Source of the DNA: a virus
Taxonomy: Duplodnaviria > Heunggongvirae > Uroviricota > Caudoviricetes
Reading direction: 5' to 3' (one strand)
IMG/VR virus record: IMGVR_UViG_3300047554_000375
Length of the DNA: 64,000 bases
Each line of letters opens with the position of its first letter. Positions within the stretch are counted from its first letter, which is position 1. This document shows, in pieces, positions 45,275-55,782 of the stretch. The notes beneath the pieces are model-generated. The model was not told where the DNA came from. It searched no databases and worked only from the letters and a program-made list of their open reading frames with translations. Both the position numbers and the translations under genes were made by a program.

Positions 45275-46063
45275 TTATAATAAAACTCTTGTGGCAATGT
45301 TGCCAACTTTTTGTGTAATCGCTTGGTCAATTTGATTAATTGGTTTGAGTAATCTTTCACCAAGTGAACCACCAATTTTCTCTGCCACTTGGTCAGCGAT
45401 ATTGATTCTGCTATCGTAGATAGTTCTAAATCTTTGATATGTAAACTGAACAGAAACACGATGGAATCCATCTTCCGACCAACTCAATGGTTGTGCCGAG
45501 ATTCCTATTGGATACGCATCAATCATTTCTACAGCATAGATTTGTTTTACGAAATCATCATACTGCAAAACTTGAATGTTTGTCATGTATCTTGTTGTGT
45601 CATCTTTAGCGAATCTTAAATTGTTTGTATCTGTTGGCATAATGGATTCGATCCATCTGTCAAACAATTTACGCTCATAAAAATCATTCGTACAGACGAA
45701 TGTTAGTGTTGTCTCGTTGTACTGTGTTTGGTATGGAACTTTATATGTTGGTCCATATACTTTGGCATCAGCAGTAACTAATGTTTTCCCTGGTAGTTCA
45801 GAAGACTCACATTGCAGTCCTAGATATCTCGATAGTGTAGGATTAGCAGTTCTAGATTGTGCATCTTTTCGCTCAGTGGCAAATATGTCTTGCAACTCAG
45901 CCGTAATTGTTGCTGGCAAGTTTGTTAGTTTTTCAAAGATAGATTGACCAACAAAACTATTGATATATGTTGGAATAGGCAATACTACCTGAAAGCGACT
46001 TGGTTTTGCCAAGCCACCTTTGGCTTTGATGTTTGATAAGAATTGATTTGGTTGAAATGCCAT
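45275..46063 (-). CDS. tail tube-fold protein (gp19/gp48/gp54-like)
   Basis: N-terminal ...AKPSRFQVV... resembles the conserved PNLFQV start of T4 tube-family proteins. Confidence 0.65.
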   Translation of the reverse strand: MAFQPNQFLSNIKAKGGLAKPSRFQVVLPIPTYINSFVGQSIFEKLTNLPATITAELQDIFATERKDAQSRTANPTLSRYLGLQCESSELPGKTLVTADAKVYGPTYKVPYQTQYNETTLTFVCTNDFYERKLFDRWIESIMPTDTNNLRFAKDDTTRYMTNIQVLQYDDFVKQIYAVEMIDAYPIGISAQPLSWSEDGFHRVSVQFTYQRFRTIYDSRINIADQVAEKIGGSLGERLLKPINQIDQAITQKVGNIATRVLL

Positions 46064-46642
46064 TTAGAATTTTTTCCTAGAGTCCGCCCAGACTTTACTT
46101 GTGCTTGCTTTCTCAAATTGTTCAACAGGAAGCAAAGCGGCAATATCCCATTCATCAGCAAAAATTTCCACGAAACGAGATTGCACATGAGAACCAAGAT
46201 AACGCTTGATACATGGTGTTGCTTCATACGCTTTTGAGAATGCAGTCAACAATTGATAGTTCAATCTCAACTTGGTATTGATATCGAAGCGAGTATCTGA
46301 GGCATGTTCACTCAGTTTATCTAAAAGAATGATGCGTTGCTTTGGGTGAATGTAATGTAGATTCAGCCCTAAAAAACCGTCTGGGTATGGTTGAATTGGT
46401 ATGACCAACGGGAACCTGTCGTAATATGGCAACTCATCCTTCAACTTAGGATCATAGTAGAAAAAATACATATGACCAACAAAACTGGAGTTTGTCTGTC
46501 TCAACTTATCTTGCATCAGTTTCTGAGGTGTTGGTTTCAGTTCGCCAACTTTTGAGCGCAACCAATCTCTTGCCTGACGAGTGCGGGCATCGTAACCAGC
46601 CTTAGCCAGTTGTTCGTTAATTCTGTCCATTAGATAAGCCAT
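46064..46642 (-). CDS. virion morphogenesis protein
   Basis: ORF track; an AATAAATA late-promoter-like box lies upstream. Confidence 0.7.
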   Translation of the reverse strand: MAYLMDRINEQLAKAGYDARTRQARDWLRSKVGELKPTPQKLMQDKLRQTNSSFVGHMYFFYYDPKLKDELPYYDRFPLVIPIQPYPDGFLGLNLHYIHPKQRIILLDKLSEHASDTRFDINTKLRLNYQLLTAFSKAYEATPCIKRYLGSHVQSRFVEIFADEWDIAALLPVEQFEKASTSKVWADSRKKF

Positions 46643-46731
46643 GCTCTATTTATTACCTTTTTTAATCATAAGATTGCCATAATATAATGTTTTTACCAAC
46701 ACAAACTGTTATAAGTAGGCTGTTGGGTTCT

Positions 46732-47184
46732 TCAGATTAATCCTAATTCTCTCTCAGTAATGATTTGAAACTTCCAGCCATGAGTGTGGCAGAACTCATC
46801 AGCCGCTTTCCATTTCATTTGATTCACAGCGTAAGTGGCCACTTCCTGTAAGAACTTCTTAGTTGTTCTTTTCTTTTGCACTGGTTTCTGTGTCTGAGCA
46901 AAAGGTTTCACTTCAATCATGTGTGTCATAACAGTACCATCTTTTCGTTGTACTTTAATGATAAAGTCAGGAAAGTATCTATGCATTCTATCATCGACAG
47001 GTGAGTAATACGGCACAGACATTTCCTCAGATGACCACCAGATTACTGCTGGATTGTCATCAAAGTATTTCATGCAACGCAATTCCCAGGATGAACGAAA
47101 AACTATGTTCTCCGCATTCCCGTTGTATTTTGCTGGATTCTTGGGTTTGAACCAGCCTTTGTAACTATTCTTTCCATATGACAT
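46732..47184 (-). CDS. gp4-like head completion protein (150 aa)
   Basis: size and divergent position against the baseplate genes mirror T4 gene 4 versus 53/5; sequence support is weak. Confidence 0.5.
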   Translation of the reverse strand: MSYGKNSYKGWFKPKNPAKYNGNAENIVFRSSWELRCMKYFDDNPAVIWWSSEEMSVPYYSPVDDRMHRYFPDFIIKVQRKDGTVMTHMIEVKPFAQTQKPVQKKRTTKKFLQEVATYAVNQMKWKAADEFCHTHGWKFQIITERELGLI

Positions 47185-47191
47185 ATAAATA
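47184..47191 (+). promoter_or_regulatory. T4-type late promoter TATAAATA
   Basis: exact TATAAATA 24 nt upstream of ATG 47215. Confidence 0.6.
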
Positions 47192-47214
47192 TGTAGTCAA
47201 CCTATAGGAACAAA

Positions 47215-48423
47215 ATGGCTTTATTCACACTATCCGATATCAAATTTAAGGTACCAAAAGAGGCAAAAAGAAGTTCGTCACTTTTGGCTGGTGGAAAATA
47301 TGAAAATAATATTTTTCGTTATCCTTTAGACATAGGTAATTATGACAAAGGCCACTATGTTCTAATTCACATCAATGAACAAGTTCATACACAATATAAA
47401 AGTGATTTGACTGCTGATGATCCTACGATTATTGCTAACAGAAAACGATTTGTTACTCCAACAGCCAGTGGAAATTTAGGAACAATACAATCGGGTCTAA
47501 AAGAAGGTGCCGAAATTGCCAAAAAGAATGGGTATAGTTTCGACATGGATTTGAGTAAATTGGATGCTTTTGGTGAAGTTGTTACGGCAGGTGGCGAAAC
47601 TGCTGGTCAATTATTGTCTAATGCTGGAAACATCAATGGCGTCAGAACAATTCGTAGAACTACAGACACAATTGCATTGTATATGCCAGACACTTTGGCG
47701 TTCACACATCAACAATCATATAGCGATATCGCTTTAGGTGGTGGATTACCAGCGGCTGCTCTTTCTGCTGGTGCATCGGCGGTTCAGACTTTAAGAAGTG
47801 GACAATCTGGCGTTGATATGGCCAAGGCATTCGCCAAAAACTTAACACCATATTTGGCTAATGTTGCTTTGAACAAACTTGGACCAACAGGACAATATCT
47901 GTTTGCCGCAGGTGCAGGCATGGTTCAGAATCCTATGTTAGAATTGTTGTATTCATCACCAGCATTCAGAACTTTTAGATTAGACTTCGTTCTATATCCA
48001 CGCTCACAAAAAGAAGCGAAAGAAGTTATGGGTATCATTAACAGATTGAAATTCCATCAAGCACCCGAGATTAGAAAAGAATTTAATGGATTCTTCTTGG
48101 TGCCGCCATCAGAATTCGACATTCGTTTTATGTACAACGGTGCCGCCAATCCAAACTTGCCTGAGATTTCAACTTGCGTTTTAGAAAGCATAGACTTAGA
48201 CTATGCACCAAATGGATTTGCAGCCTACGAAGTGCCGGGACAATCAGCATCAACCACTGGAGGCACAGGAACTCCTGTTGCTATTCGTTTAGGATTACAA
48301 TTCAAAGAAACAGAAATTATGACAAAAGACAATTTCGCAAGTGGTTACAGTGGCGCACCAACCAACTCCACAACATGGACTCCAGATATGGAAATTGATG
48401 GACCTAAACAAGATTGGTATTGA
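47215..48423 (+). CDS. virion structural protein (baseplate module)
   Basis: ORF track, late promoter upstream. Confidence 0.8.
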   Translation: MALFTLSDIKFKVPKEAKRSSSLLAGGKYENNIFRYPLDIGNYDKGHYVLIHINEQVHTQYKSDLTADDPTIIANRKRFVTPTASGNLGTIQSGLKEGAEIAKKNGYSFDMDLSKLDAFGEVVTAGGETAGQLLSNAGNINGVRTIRRTTDTIALYMPDTLAFTHQQSYSDIALGGGLPAAALSAGASAVQTLRSGQSGVDMAKAFAKNLTPYLANVALNKLGPTGQYLFAAGAGMVQNPMLELLYSSPAFRTFRLDFVLYPRSQKEAKEVMGIINRLKFHQAPEIRKEFNGFFLVPPSEFDIRFMYNGAANPNLPEISTCVLESIDLDYAPNGFAAYEVPGQSASTTGGTGTPVAIRLGLQFKETEIMTKDNFASGYSGAPTNSTTWTPDMEIDGPKQDWY

Positions 48424-48425
48424 TA

Positions 48426-49073
48426 ATGGCAAAATATTTTAATTACTTTCCACAAACATATTATTCGTTTTCGCATGATCCAAATGCGGTCGATATCGTT
48501 ACCAACTTAACTAACAAATTTTCTTTTGAAGATTCATTCAAAAACAACACATCACTATTCTATGAATATTCGGTAATTGATGGAGAAACTCCTGAAGTGT
48601 TGGCTTATAAAGTATATGGTTCTTCAGAAAGACACTGGATCATTCTTGCGATGAATGACATATTCAATCCTCAGATGGATTGGCCAGTTGAGAATCGCTC
48701 ACTACATGATATCATAGAATACAAATATACAGGTAGTCCATATGCAAATACTGCAAATGGTCAGACAGGACTTGAATGGTCACAGACAAACAATCATTCA
48801 TACTATAAGTTGGAAACTCAGATTGATAATTCCACAAACCAACAATATAAAAAGACAATTCAAATTGATGCCAACACATATGCAAACTTGGCAACTTCAA
48901 GCACACCATACACTTTAGATAATGGAAACACTATCACAGTTAAGATAGAAAAACAATCCAAGACTTATTACGAGTATGAACTTGATGTGAATGAAAGCAA
49001 AAGAAAAATTAAAATTTTAAAACCGGAATATGTATCTGCTGTAGAAGAAGAATTCCAAAACATTTTTAAATAA
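48426..49073 (+). CDS. virion structural protein
   Basis: track ORF 48414 (TTG) trimmed to ATG 48426. Confidence 0.7.
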   Translation: MAKYFNYFPQTYYSFSHDPNAVDIVTNLTNKFSFEDSFKNNTSLFYEYSVIDGETPEVLAYKVYGSSERHWIILAMNDIFNPQMDWPVENRSLHDIIEYKYTGSPYANTANGQTGLEWSQTNNHSYYKLETQIDNSTNQQYKKTIQIDANTYANLATSSTPYTLDNGNTITVKIEKQSKTYYEYELDVNESKRKIKILKPEYVSAVEEEFQNIFK

Positions 49074-50374
49074 TGGCACTATTACAAAGCACACAATTTG
49101 AAATTAGAAAACTTACCATAAGTTACAATGATGGTAAAGATGTGATTGACATTCGTGGCATTTTCGAAGAACTTAGTGTGTTCGATAATATGTTGATGCC
49201 ATGTATGTCAGGTAACATTCTTATTCGTGATGGTATTGGTTTAGCATCACAGATTAATTTTGATGGTAGTGAAACAATAGAAGTTGATATTGTTAAAGAT
49301 GTTGACAATACCAATTTTATGTTCTTCACACGAAAATTTACAATCTACAAATTAACAGATAGAAAATTGGTAAATCAAAACTCCGAGTTGTATACACTAC
49401 ACTTTGTTTCACCAGAGTTTTTGTTGTCTGAGCAAAAGAGGGTTAAGAACACCTATACAGACACACATTCAAATATCGTTAAGAAAATTCTAACTGATGA
49501 ACTGAAAGTTGCTGATACTACGCCACACATGGGGAATATTATGCCCACAAAAGGAATACATTCGGTGATGCCTGCGAATAAAAGTCCTCTCGATACAATC
49601 ACCCATTTGATGAAACGAGCAGTATCTATGGATGGTAAACCAGATTTTGTTTTCTGGCAAGCACCATATGGTTTTAACTTTATGCCACTAGGAATAATTT
49701 TATCGCAAGATACGGTACACACAATTAATTTTGGTGTTAAGAACTTGGCTATAGAGTCCACAGACATTTACAATAATGAAGTTCTTGGTGCCCGTGACTA
49801 TAAGGTATTATCAAACTTCAACTATGCTCACAATATTCAGTCTGGTGTTTATGCTGGCAAGTTTATCGGTTTCGACACATTGACTAGAACAATCAAAACA
49901 AATCAGGTATCGTATGATGATGTTTTCACTAAACGAGCAAATGAATATCCTATCAATACCAAAATTAAAAACAAAGAAAATAAATTAGCGACACAGATGT
50001 ATGATTCTAGGGTAACACTTTATCCTTTCCAATCTACACGAACAGTCAATTCATACTTGAAGAATAATGATGTGAAGTCTGCAAATATTGTCGATGACAC
50101 AGATAATTATATCCTACAGAGAAAAATGATTTTTGATAATTTGATGCAGAAAAGAATTCGTGTAACTATGCCTGGAAACTTTGGCTTGTATTCCGGTTCT
50201 TGTGTGCAGTTAAATATACCACACCGCTACAATATAGATACACAAAGAATGGAACAAGGCGACAAGTCTTTGAGTGGTAAATACATCATTGTTGGTGTTA
50301 GACACTTGATTCGTTACGATAAACATGAAACAATTTTGGAAGTTGCCACAGATTCAACAAACTATAAAACATGA
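49073..50374 (+). CDS. baseplate hub protein (gp27-like?)
   Basis: about 430 aa, immediately upstream of the gp5-like spike as in gp27-gp5 pairs; no sequence motif recognised. Confidence 0.5.
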   Translation: MALLQSTQFEIRKLTISYNDGKDVIDIRGIFEELSVFDNMLMPCMSGNILIRDGIGLASQINFDGSETIEVDIVKDVDNTNFMFFTRKFTIYKLTDRKLVNQNSELYTLHFVSPEFLLSEQKRVKNTYTDTHSNIVKKILTDELKVADTTPHMGNIMPTKGIHSVMPANKSPLDTITHLMKRAVSMDGKPDFVFWQAPYGFNFMPLGIILSQDTVHTINFGVKNLAIESTDIYNNEVLGARDYKVLSNFNYAHNIQSGVYAGKFIGFDTLTRTIKTNQVSYDDVFTKRANEYPINTKIKNKENKLATQMYDSRVTLYPFQSTRTVNSYLKNNDVKSANIVDDTDNYILQRKMIFDNLMQKRIRVTMPGNFGLYSGSCVQLNIPHRYNIDTQRMEQGDKSLSGKYIIVGVRHLIRYDKHETILEVATDSTNYKT

Positions 50375-51648
50375 CAACAGAGAATAATTTTGCAGGCAGA
50401 GAAGGACATGTGACCTTCGTTGGTGTAGTAGAAGGTAGAGATGACCCAGCAAAAATGGGTAGATTGCGTATTCGCATTATCGGTTTACACACGGACGATA
50501 CAAATCTTGTGCCTACCGAAGACCTGCCTTGGGCACAAATAGTTGCTCCTATAAATGGATCCAGAAGTTTCTCTTTACCTAAAGATGGTGAATGGGTTCA
50601 CGGTTTCTTTCAGGATGGTTACAATTCACAGATGCCTGTTGTTACAGGAATTTATGTTGGTATGCAATCTGAAGAACCTAAAGTTGATGATGGTTCAGTT
50701 GCTAAAATTGCTGAGTTGGAAAGTGAACTTGTCACTTTAAATAAAACATTAACACTAATGACTGCCACTGGTGGTCAAAATGCTGTTGCTGTCAGACAAA
50801 TACAACAACAGAAAGCCAAAATTGCGGCAGTACAAAAGCAAATTGATGATTTAAAAAATGTTGTTGATAGCAAACCACAAAAAGGATTTCGTGATAGAAG
50901 AAGCCAGAGACAAGTTGCCGCATCACCAAATCCACCAAGTGGAGTTGTAACTGAAAGATACAATGAACCTGTTTTGCCTGCACTGTCTAGAGGTGTTATA
51001 ACAAAAACTGGCATCGAAGTATCCAATGCAAACAGAGAGCATGTGTGTGATTTTGCGATGTATGTTAGAAACACTATGTCTGCTGCCAAAGTTGGTACAG
51101 GACAAATTGCTATGGCGATTCGCAAAACAATACAGGCAGTCATTAAAGCACTTGGTACATCCGGTGGAAGTTCTGCTATTGCGGCACAGATTAGGTCTTT
51201 TGCCAGATTGCTGAAACGAGCCACTGCAATGTTGGAAGAAATAAATGCATATGTTGATGTGATTGTGGTATATGTTCAAAAGATTAATGCTTTGATTCAG
51301 TATATCTTGAGTTTGCCAGAAAAACTACTGGCTATGTTCAAAGAATGTTTAGCACAAGCATATACAGAATTGCAGGAAGGTATAAGATTGATTGTCGCAG
51401 ATTTTACTGGTGGCGGAACATCCACAATTTCTGAAATATCTGATGCTGTCAAAGATGTTACCACAGCAACAAAAGAACTGGCAACACAGGCTGCAAAATT
51501 ATATGCCGCACCTGCAACTATAGTTGGTGCAACCTTGAATCCAACAACTCCGTTGACAGATGCTGAAGCCAAAAATTTGTTGACACAATTATTTCCAAAT
51601 TCACAAGAATATGATTCTAATTCATACGGTAATGGAGCACTCGCATAA
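50371..51648 (+). CDS. baseplate central spike protein, gp5/VgrG-like OB-fold, no lysozyme domain
   Basis: N-terminal GxV...GRDDPAKMGRLRIRIIGLH...LPWAQ...GEWVHGFFQDG OB-fold signature; coiled-coil middle. Confidence 0.8.
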   Translation: MTTENNFAGREGHVTFVGVVEGRDDPAKMGRLRIRIIGLHTDDTNLVPTEDLPWAQIVAPINGSRSFSLPKDGEWVHGFFQDGYNSQMPVVTGIYVGMQSEEPKVDDGSVAKIAELESELVTLNKTLTLMTATGGQNAVAVRQIQQQKAKIAAVQKQIDDLKNVVDSKPQKGFRDRRSQRQVAASPNPPSGVVTERYNEPVLPALSRGVITKTGIEVSNANREHVCDFAMYVRNTMSAAKVGTGQIAMAIRKTIQAVIKALGTSGGSSAIAAQIRSFARLLKRATAMLEEINAYVDVIVVYVQKINALIQYILSLPEKLLAMFKECLAQAYTELQEGIRLIVADFTGGGTSTISEISDAVKDVTTATKELATQAAKLYAAPATIVGATLNPTTPLTDAEAKNLLTQLFPNSQEYDSNSYGNGALA

Positions 51649-52442
51649 TGGCAACCGATCCTAGTACATATTCATGGACAGAACCTGAATCTGCCTTTGC
51701 TTCCAAATATCCATTCAATAGTGTGACTGAGACTGAATCTGGTCACTTTCAGGAATGGGATGATACACCTGGTGCCGAAAGAATTCGCACACAGCATAGA
51801 ACAGGAACTTTCACCGAAATACAACCTGACGGAACTCGTGTGGATAAGATTGTCGGAGACAATTATGAGATTACTGCAAAAAATAATTATGTTAAGATTA
51901 AAGGTTTTTGTTCTATAACTATCGAAGGTGATAGTGTTGTGAATGTGAAAGGCGATAAAGTTGAACGAATCGAAGGAAATTATTATCAGGAAGTTTTTGG
52001 CAATTTCGAACAAGTTGTGAGAAAGAAGATTTCACAAACTTCTGGCGACAATATCAGCGTAAATGCTGGTGGAGGCACGATGAGAATCGTAGCGAAAGAT
52101 GAAGTTGATATCTTGTCTGATTTGGAAGTTGATGGAGATATCTCAGGCGAATCTGTGTTCTCTCGTGGCGCAGTAACAGCGGGAACAGGAATTCATGCAG
52201 GTATTCCTGGCTCATCAAATCCTGTGGCTGGTATTTCAACACTAGGTGGTGTCTCTGCTGGATTTCCAGCCGCTGGTGCGCCCGGTGTCATTAATGCTAC
52301 GGTTAGTGTGAATGCTCCTTTGATTAGCGGTATCATCACCAAAGATGTTAGAGGCACAATGGAAGCAATGCGAATGTCATACAATACGCACACCCATCCT
52401 ACACCAAAAGGTCCATCTGGACCACCACGACCATTGATGTGA
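51648..52442 (+). CDS. spike tip / beta-helical needle protein with C-terminal HxHxH metal site
   Basis: repetitive beta-strand-like segments; C-terminal YNTHTHPTPKGP resembles the His-rich iron-binding apex of P2 gpV-type spikes. Confidence 0.6.
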   Translation: MATDPSTYSWTEPESAFASKYPFNSVTETESGHFQEWDDTPGAERIRTQHRTGTFTEIQPDGTRVDKIVGDNYEITAKNNYVKIKGFCSITIEGDSVVNVKGDKVERIEGNYYQEVFGNFEQVVRKKISQTSGDNISVNAGGGTMRIVAKDEVDILSDLEVDGDISGESVFSRGAVTAGTGIHAGIPGSSNPVAGISTLGGVSAGFPAAGAPGVINATVSVNAPLISGIITKDVRGTMEAMRMSYNTHTHPTPKGPSGPPRPLM

Positions 52443-52470
52443 TAAATATGAAAATGTTTACGGAGTTATT

Positions 52471-53292
52471 ATGAGTGTTTTTGGAAGATTGGGATTTAAT
52501 TTTGATACTGATGCATTTGGAGATGCACAGTATTTGACCTCTGGTGCATTGAAAACTTTGAATGCGGCACCAGTGGCTATCGCTGATTGGCAGTTGGATG
52601 CTCTTTCGGCAGGTGCGGTTGATAAAACGGATTATGTTAAAAATCCTCATGTTACATTGTGTTCCACTTTAACATCGAATGTTACTGCGATAAGAGCAAT
52701 TACAACAAACGATCCTGCGAATACATTTCCTCTGATACTGAATGCGACTTATGTTCAGGCAATTTCTGATGCGGCAAATAATTATATCATTGAACTTGCG
52801 GCATTTAAGTCACATACAGATAATATCTCCGGTTTAGGTGTTGAATCTGCTAATGCGGCGTCTATACCAGATTATGATTTGGCAGTCTCTATCGGACAGC
52901 AAGTATTGAGAATAACGAATGTGAGTGATGGTGTATCCAACAGTACACCTATGCTAGGCTCTTTCACAAGTTTGTTCATAGGTGACGAATTAGCGGCAAA
53001 CAATACCACAATCAATCAAGATTATGTGACAATCAGTTCTCTGGTTAGACCTAATAATATGTGCTATTTGACCCAAGCACAGGCAATTTCGATTGCGGAT
53101 CACATCAATACCGCAAACAGTTTGATTTACAATAGAAGAACACACGACTGGAATTTTTACGCAAAGTCTGTAGAATTGGTGAACGATTATCTCGTTCTGG
53201 ATAGATTTACCAATCTAGGAAATACACAAACTTATCTCGTAAATAATTACATTGGAACCGAAACTCTGGTAAATAATCTGGCAAATACTTAA
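52471..53292 (+). CDS. virion structural protein
   Basis: ORF track. Confidence 0.75.
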   Translation: MSVFGRLGFNFDTDAFGDAQYLTSGALKTLNAAPVAIADWQLDALSAGAVDKTDYVKNPHVTLCSTLTSNVTAIRAITTNDPANTFPLILNATYVQAISDAANNYIIELAAFKSHTDNISGLGVESANAASIPDYDLAVSIGQQVLRITNVSDGVSNSTPMLGSFTSLFIGDELAANNTTINQDYVTISSLVRPNNMCYLTQAQAISIADHINTANSLIYNRRTHDWNFYAKSVELVNDYLVLDRFTNLGNTQTYLVNNYIGTETLVNNLANT

Positions 53293-53302
53293 TAAATAAC
53301 AG

Positions 53303-53707
53303 ATGGCAACAATTCAAGCAAACACAGTCCGTCAATATAAAGACCTAGATTTGAGGTTCACAGCGCATCCTGTAAGAAAGGATGTAACAAAGCATGTGGA
53401 CGAAATGGCTGTTATCAATTCTCTCAAGAATTTGATTCTCACGAATCATTATGAGAGACCTTTTCAGCCTGAAATTGGATCAAACATTCAAAGATTGTTG
53501 TTCGAAAATATGGACAACATTACTGCATCGGCAATTCAGCGTGAGATTTTTCAGACAATCAACAATTATGAGCCTAGAGTGGTGGTTGAGTCCATACAAG
53601 TTTCACCAGACTTCGATAATAATTCTTACAATATTGGTATGCAGTTCTACATTGTGAATCGTACCGAACCAATATCAATACAATTTTTCTTAAAAAGAAC
53701 TAGATAA
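53303..53707 (+). CDS. gp25/GPW-like baseplate wedge protein
   Basis: a 134-aa protein with the DL...L.TN.YER.F.P..GS.IQ.LLFE pattern typical of gp25/W-family proteins. Confidence 0.8.
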   Translation: MATIQANTVRQYKDLDLRFTAHPVRKDVTKHVDEMAVINSLKNLILTNHYERPFQPEIGSNIQRLLFENMDNITASAIQREIFQTINNYEPRVVVESIQVSPDFDNNSYNIGMQFYIVNRTEPISIQFFLKRTR

Positions 53708-53709
53708 AA

Positions 53710-55782
53710 ATGGCAGACCGCTTAAACGTAACCGCACTTGATTTTGATACAATCAAAACCAATTTAAAAACATTCCTAAAGTCACAATCTGAATTTCAAG
53801 ATTATGACTTTGATGGTTCTGGACTTAATGTTTTGATGGACATTCTTGCGTACAATACTCATTACAACGCATATTATCTAAACATGATTGCCAATGAATC
53901 TTTCATGGATTCTGCCGTTCTACGCAACTCTGTTGTTTCACATGCGAAACGAATTGGATACACACCACGTTCTACAACTGCGCCTAGAGCAATCGTTAAT
54001 GTTGTAGTTGATACAGGAACAGGTGGTTCTGGTTCATTGACAATTCCAAAAAACTTCGTATTCATATCAAATCAGATTGATGGTAAAGCATACAATTTTA
54101 TCACATTAGAATCCAAAACAGTAGCAAAGAGTGGCAATACTTTCACATTCACTTCGTTGCCCATCTATGAAGGCGACTATGTGACATATAGTTACACACA
54201 TAACGAATCATCGAATCCAAAACAAATTTTTACCATTCCTGATGAGAATGTGGACACAAGCACATTAGCAGTATCGGTTCGTCCTTCGGCATCAAATACT
54301 AACACCACAGTTTATGAATTATCAACAAATAAACTGGAATTGATTTCGACAAGCGAAGTGTACTTTTTGCAGGAAGGTCAGAACGGTCAGTATGAAATTT
54401 ATTTTGGTGATAATGTTCTCGGTAAAAAATTAAACAATGGCGCTGTTGTTACAATGGAATATTTGGTATCATCTGGTCCAGATTCCAATAAAGCAAATAA
54501 TTTCATTTCTTCAACCAGCATTGGTGGTTTCAGTAATGTTGATGTTGTTTCTTTGAGTGGCGCATCAGGTGGAACAGTTCGTGAAACCGTGGATCAAATT
54601 AAATTTGCCGCACCACTTTCTCTGTTGGCACAGAATCGTGCGGTAACAAAGAACGACTATATTCGTCTAATTCAACAAAAGTATCCTGCATTTGAAGCAG
54701 TAAACGTTTGGGGTGGGGAAGAGAATAATCCTCCTGTTTATGGTAAAGTTTTTGTTGCGGCTAAACCTAAGTTGGGTTTCGAAGTTACACAGACTGAAAA
54801 GGAATATGTTAAACAAAACATCTTGAAGCCAATCAGCATTCTAACTGTCACTCCAGAAATCGTTGATGTTGATTACAACTACTTGTCGGTCGAGACAACC
54901 GTATTTTACAATAAAGCAAAAACAACATTAAGTGATTCTGTTATCAAAGAAAATATAAGAACATTGATTAGAGATTACTGTGAAACAAACTTGAACAAAT
55001 TTAATAGTTACTTTAACTATTCTGGTTTGGAACAAACAATTTATAATTATGATAAATCAATTATTTCTGATGATGTTGAATTGTATGTTGCTAAAAAATT
55101 CAGACCAGTATTAACTAATAGTGATTCATATACTTTGAATTTCGGTTTTCCATTGAGCCGAGGTACCACAAACGACAATTTCTATTCATCACCAGACTTT
55201 ACAATGGTTGATGAGAATGGTATTTCTAGACAATGTTTCTTTGAAGAAATTCCATCATCATTCACAGGTCTAGAATCTATTACTGTTACAAACACAGGCT
55301 ATGGATATACAACTACACCAACTATCGAAATCGTTGGTGATGGACAGGGTGCCACTGCTGTTGCAGTTATCGTCAATGGTAAATTGTCAAGAGTTGATGT
55401 TACAAGTCCTGGAATCGGATACACATCAGCCGCAGTTCGTATCATCGGCGGTGGTGGTGTTCTAGCCGAAGCAACTGCTGTTCTCGAAGGTAGATTCGGT
55501 CAACTAAGAATCGCATACTATAAAACGGATGAGATAAGTAGCCAGAGTACAAAAGTTATTATCAATCAATCCAAAAACAACGGTGTCGCAGGAACGATAG
55601 ATTATGTTTTGGGTAAGATAACAATAACAGAATTTGCTCCCATTGCCATTAATAATGATTTCGGAGATATTCTTTTACATTTCAGACCTGCATCCAATAT
55701 TATCCAATCCAAATTGAACAACATGTTGGTTTTGGATGCTGACGATCCAACATCAATTATTGTTAAGACGGTACAAGTTTAA
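53710..55782 (+). CDS. gp6/gpJ-like baseplate wedge protein
   Basis: 690 aa, follows the gp25-like gene as in the conserved W-J order. Confidence 0.75.
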   Translation: MADRLNVTALDFDTIKTNLKTFLKSQSEFQDYDFDGSGLNVLMDILAYNTHYNAYYLNMIANESFMDSAVLRNSVVSHAKRIGYTPRSTTAPRAIVNVVVDTGTGGSGSLTIPKNFVFISNQIDGKAYNFITLESKTVAKSGNTFTFTSLPIYEGDYVTYSYTHNESSNPKQIFTIPDENVDTSTLAVSVRPSASNTNTTVYELSTNKLELISTSEVYFLQEGQNGQYEIYFGDNVLGKKLNNGAVVTMEYLVSSGPDSNKANNFISSTSIGGFSNVDVVSLSGASGGTVRETVDQIKFAAPLSLLAQNRAVTKNDYIRLIQQKYPAFEAVNVWGGEENNPPVYGKVFVAAKPKLGFEVTQTEKEYVKQNILKPISILTVTPEIVDVDYNYLSVETTVFYNKAKTTLSDSVIKENIRTLIRDYCETNLNKFNSYFNYSGLEQTIYNYDKSIISDDVELYVAKKFRPVLTNSDSYTLNFGFPLSRGTTNDNFYSSPDFTMVDENGISRQCFFEEIPSSFTGLESITVTNTGYGYTTTPTIEIVGDGQGATAVAVIVNGKLSRVDVTSPGIGYTSAAVRIIGGGGVLAEATAVLEGRFGQLRIAYYKTDEISSQSTKVIINQSKNNGVAGTIDYVLGKITITEFAPIAINNDFGDILLHFRPASNIIQSKLNNMLVLDADDPTSIIVKTVQV

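Noticed and set aside
50775-51572. Minus-strand ORFs inside the gp5-like gene (50775-51224, 50923-51279, 51297-51572) and 51672-52013
   Set aside because: These are antisense shadow ORFs of long plus-strand structural genes that have continuous operon-style overlaps.
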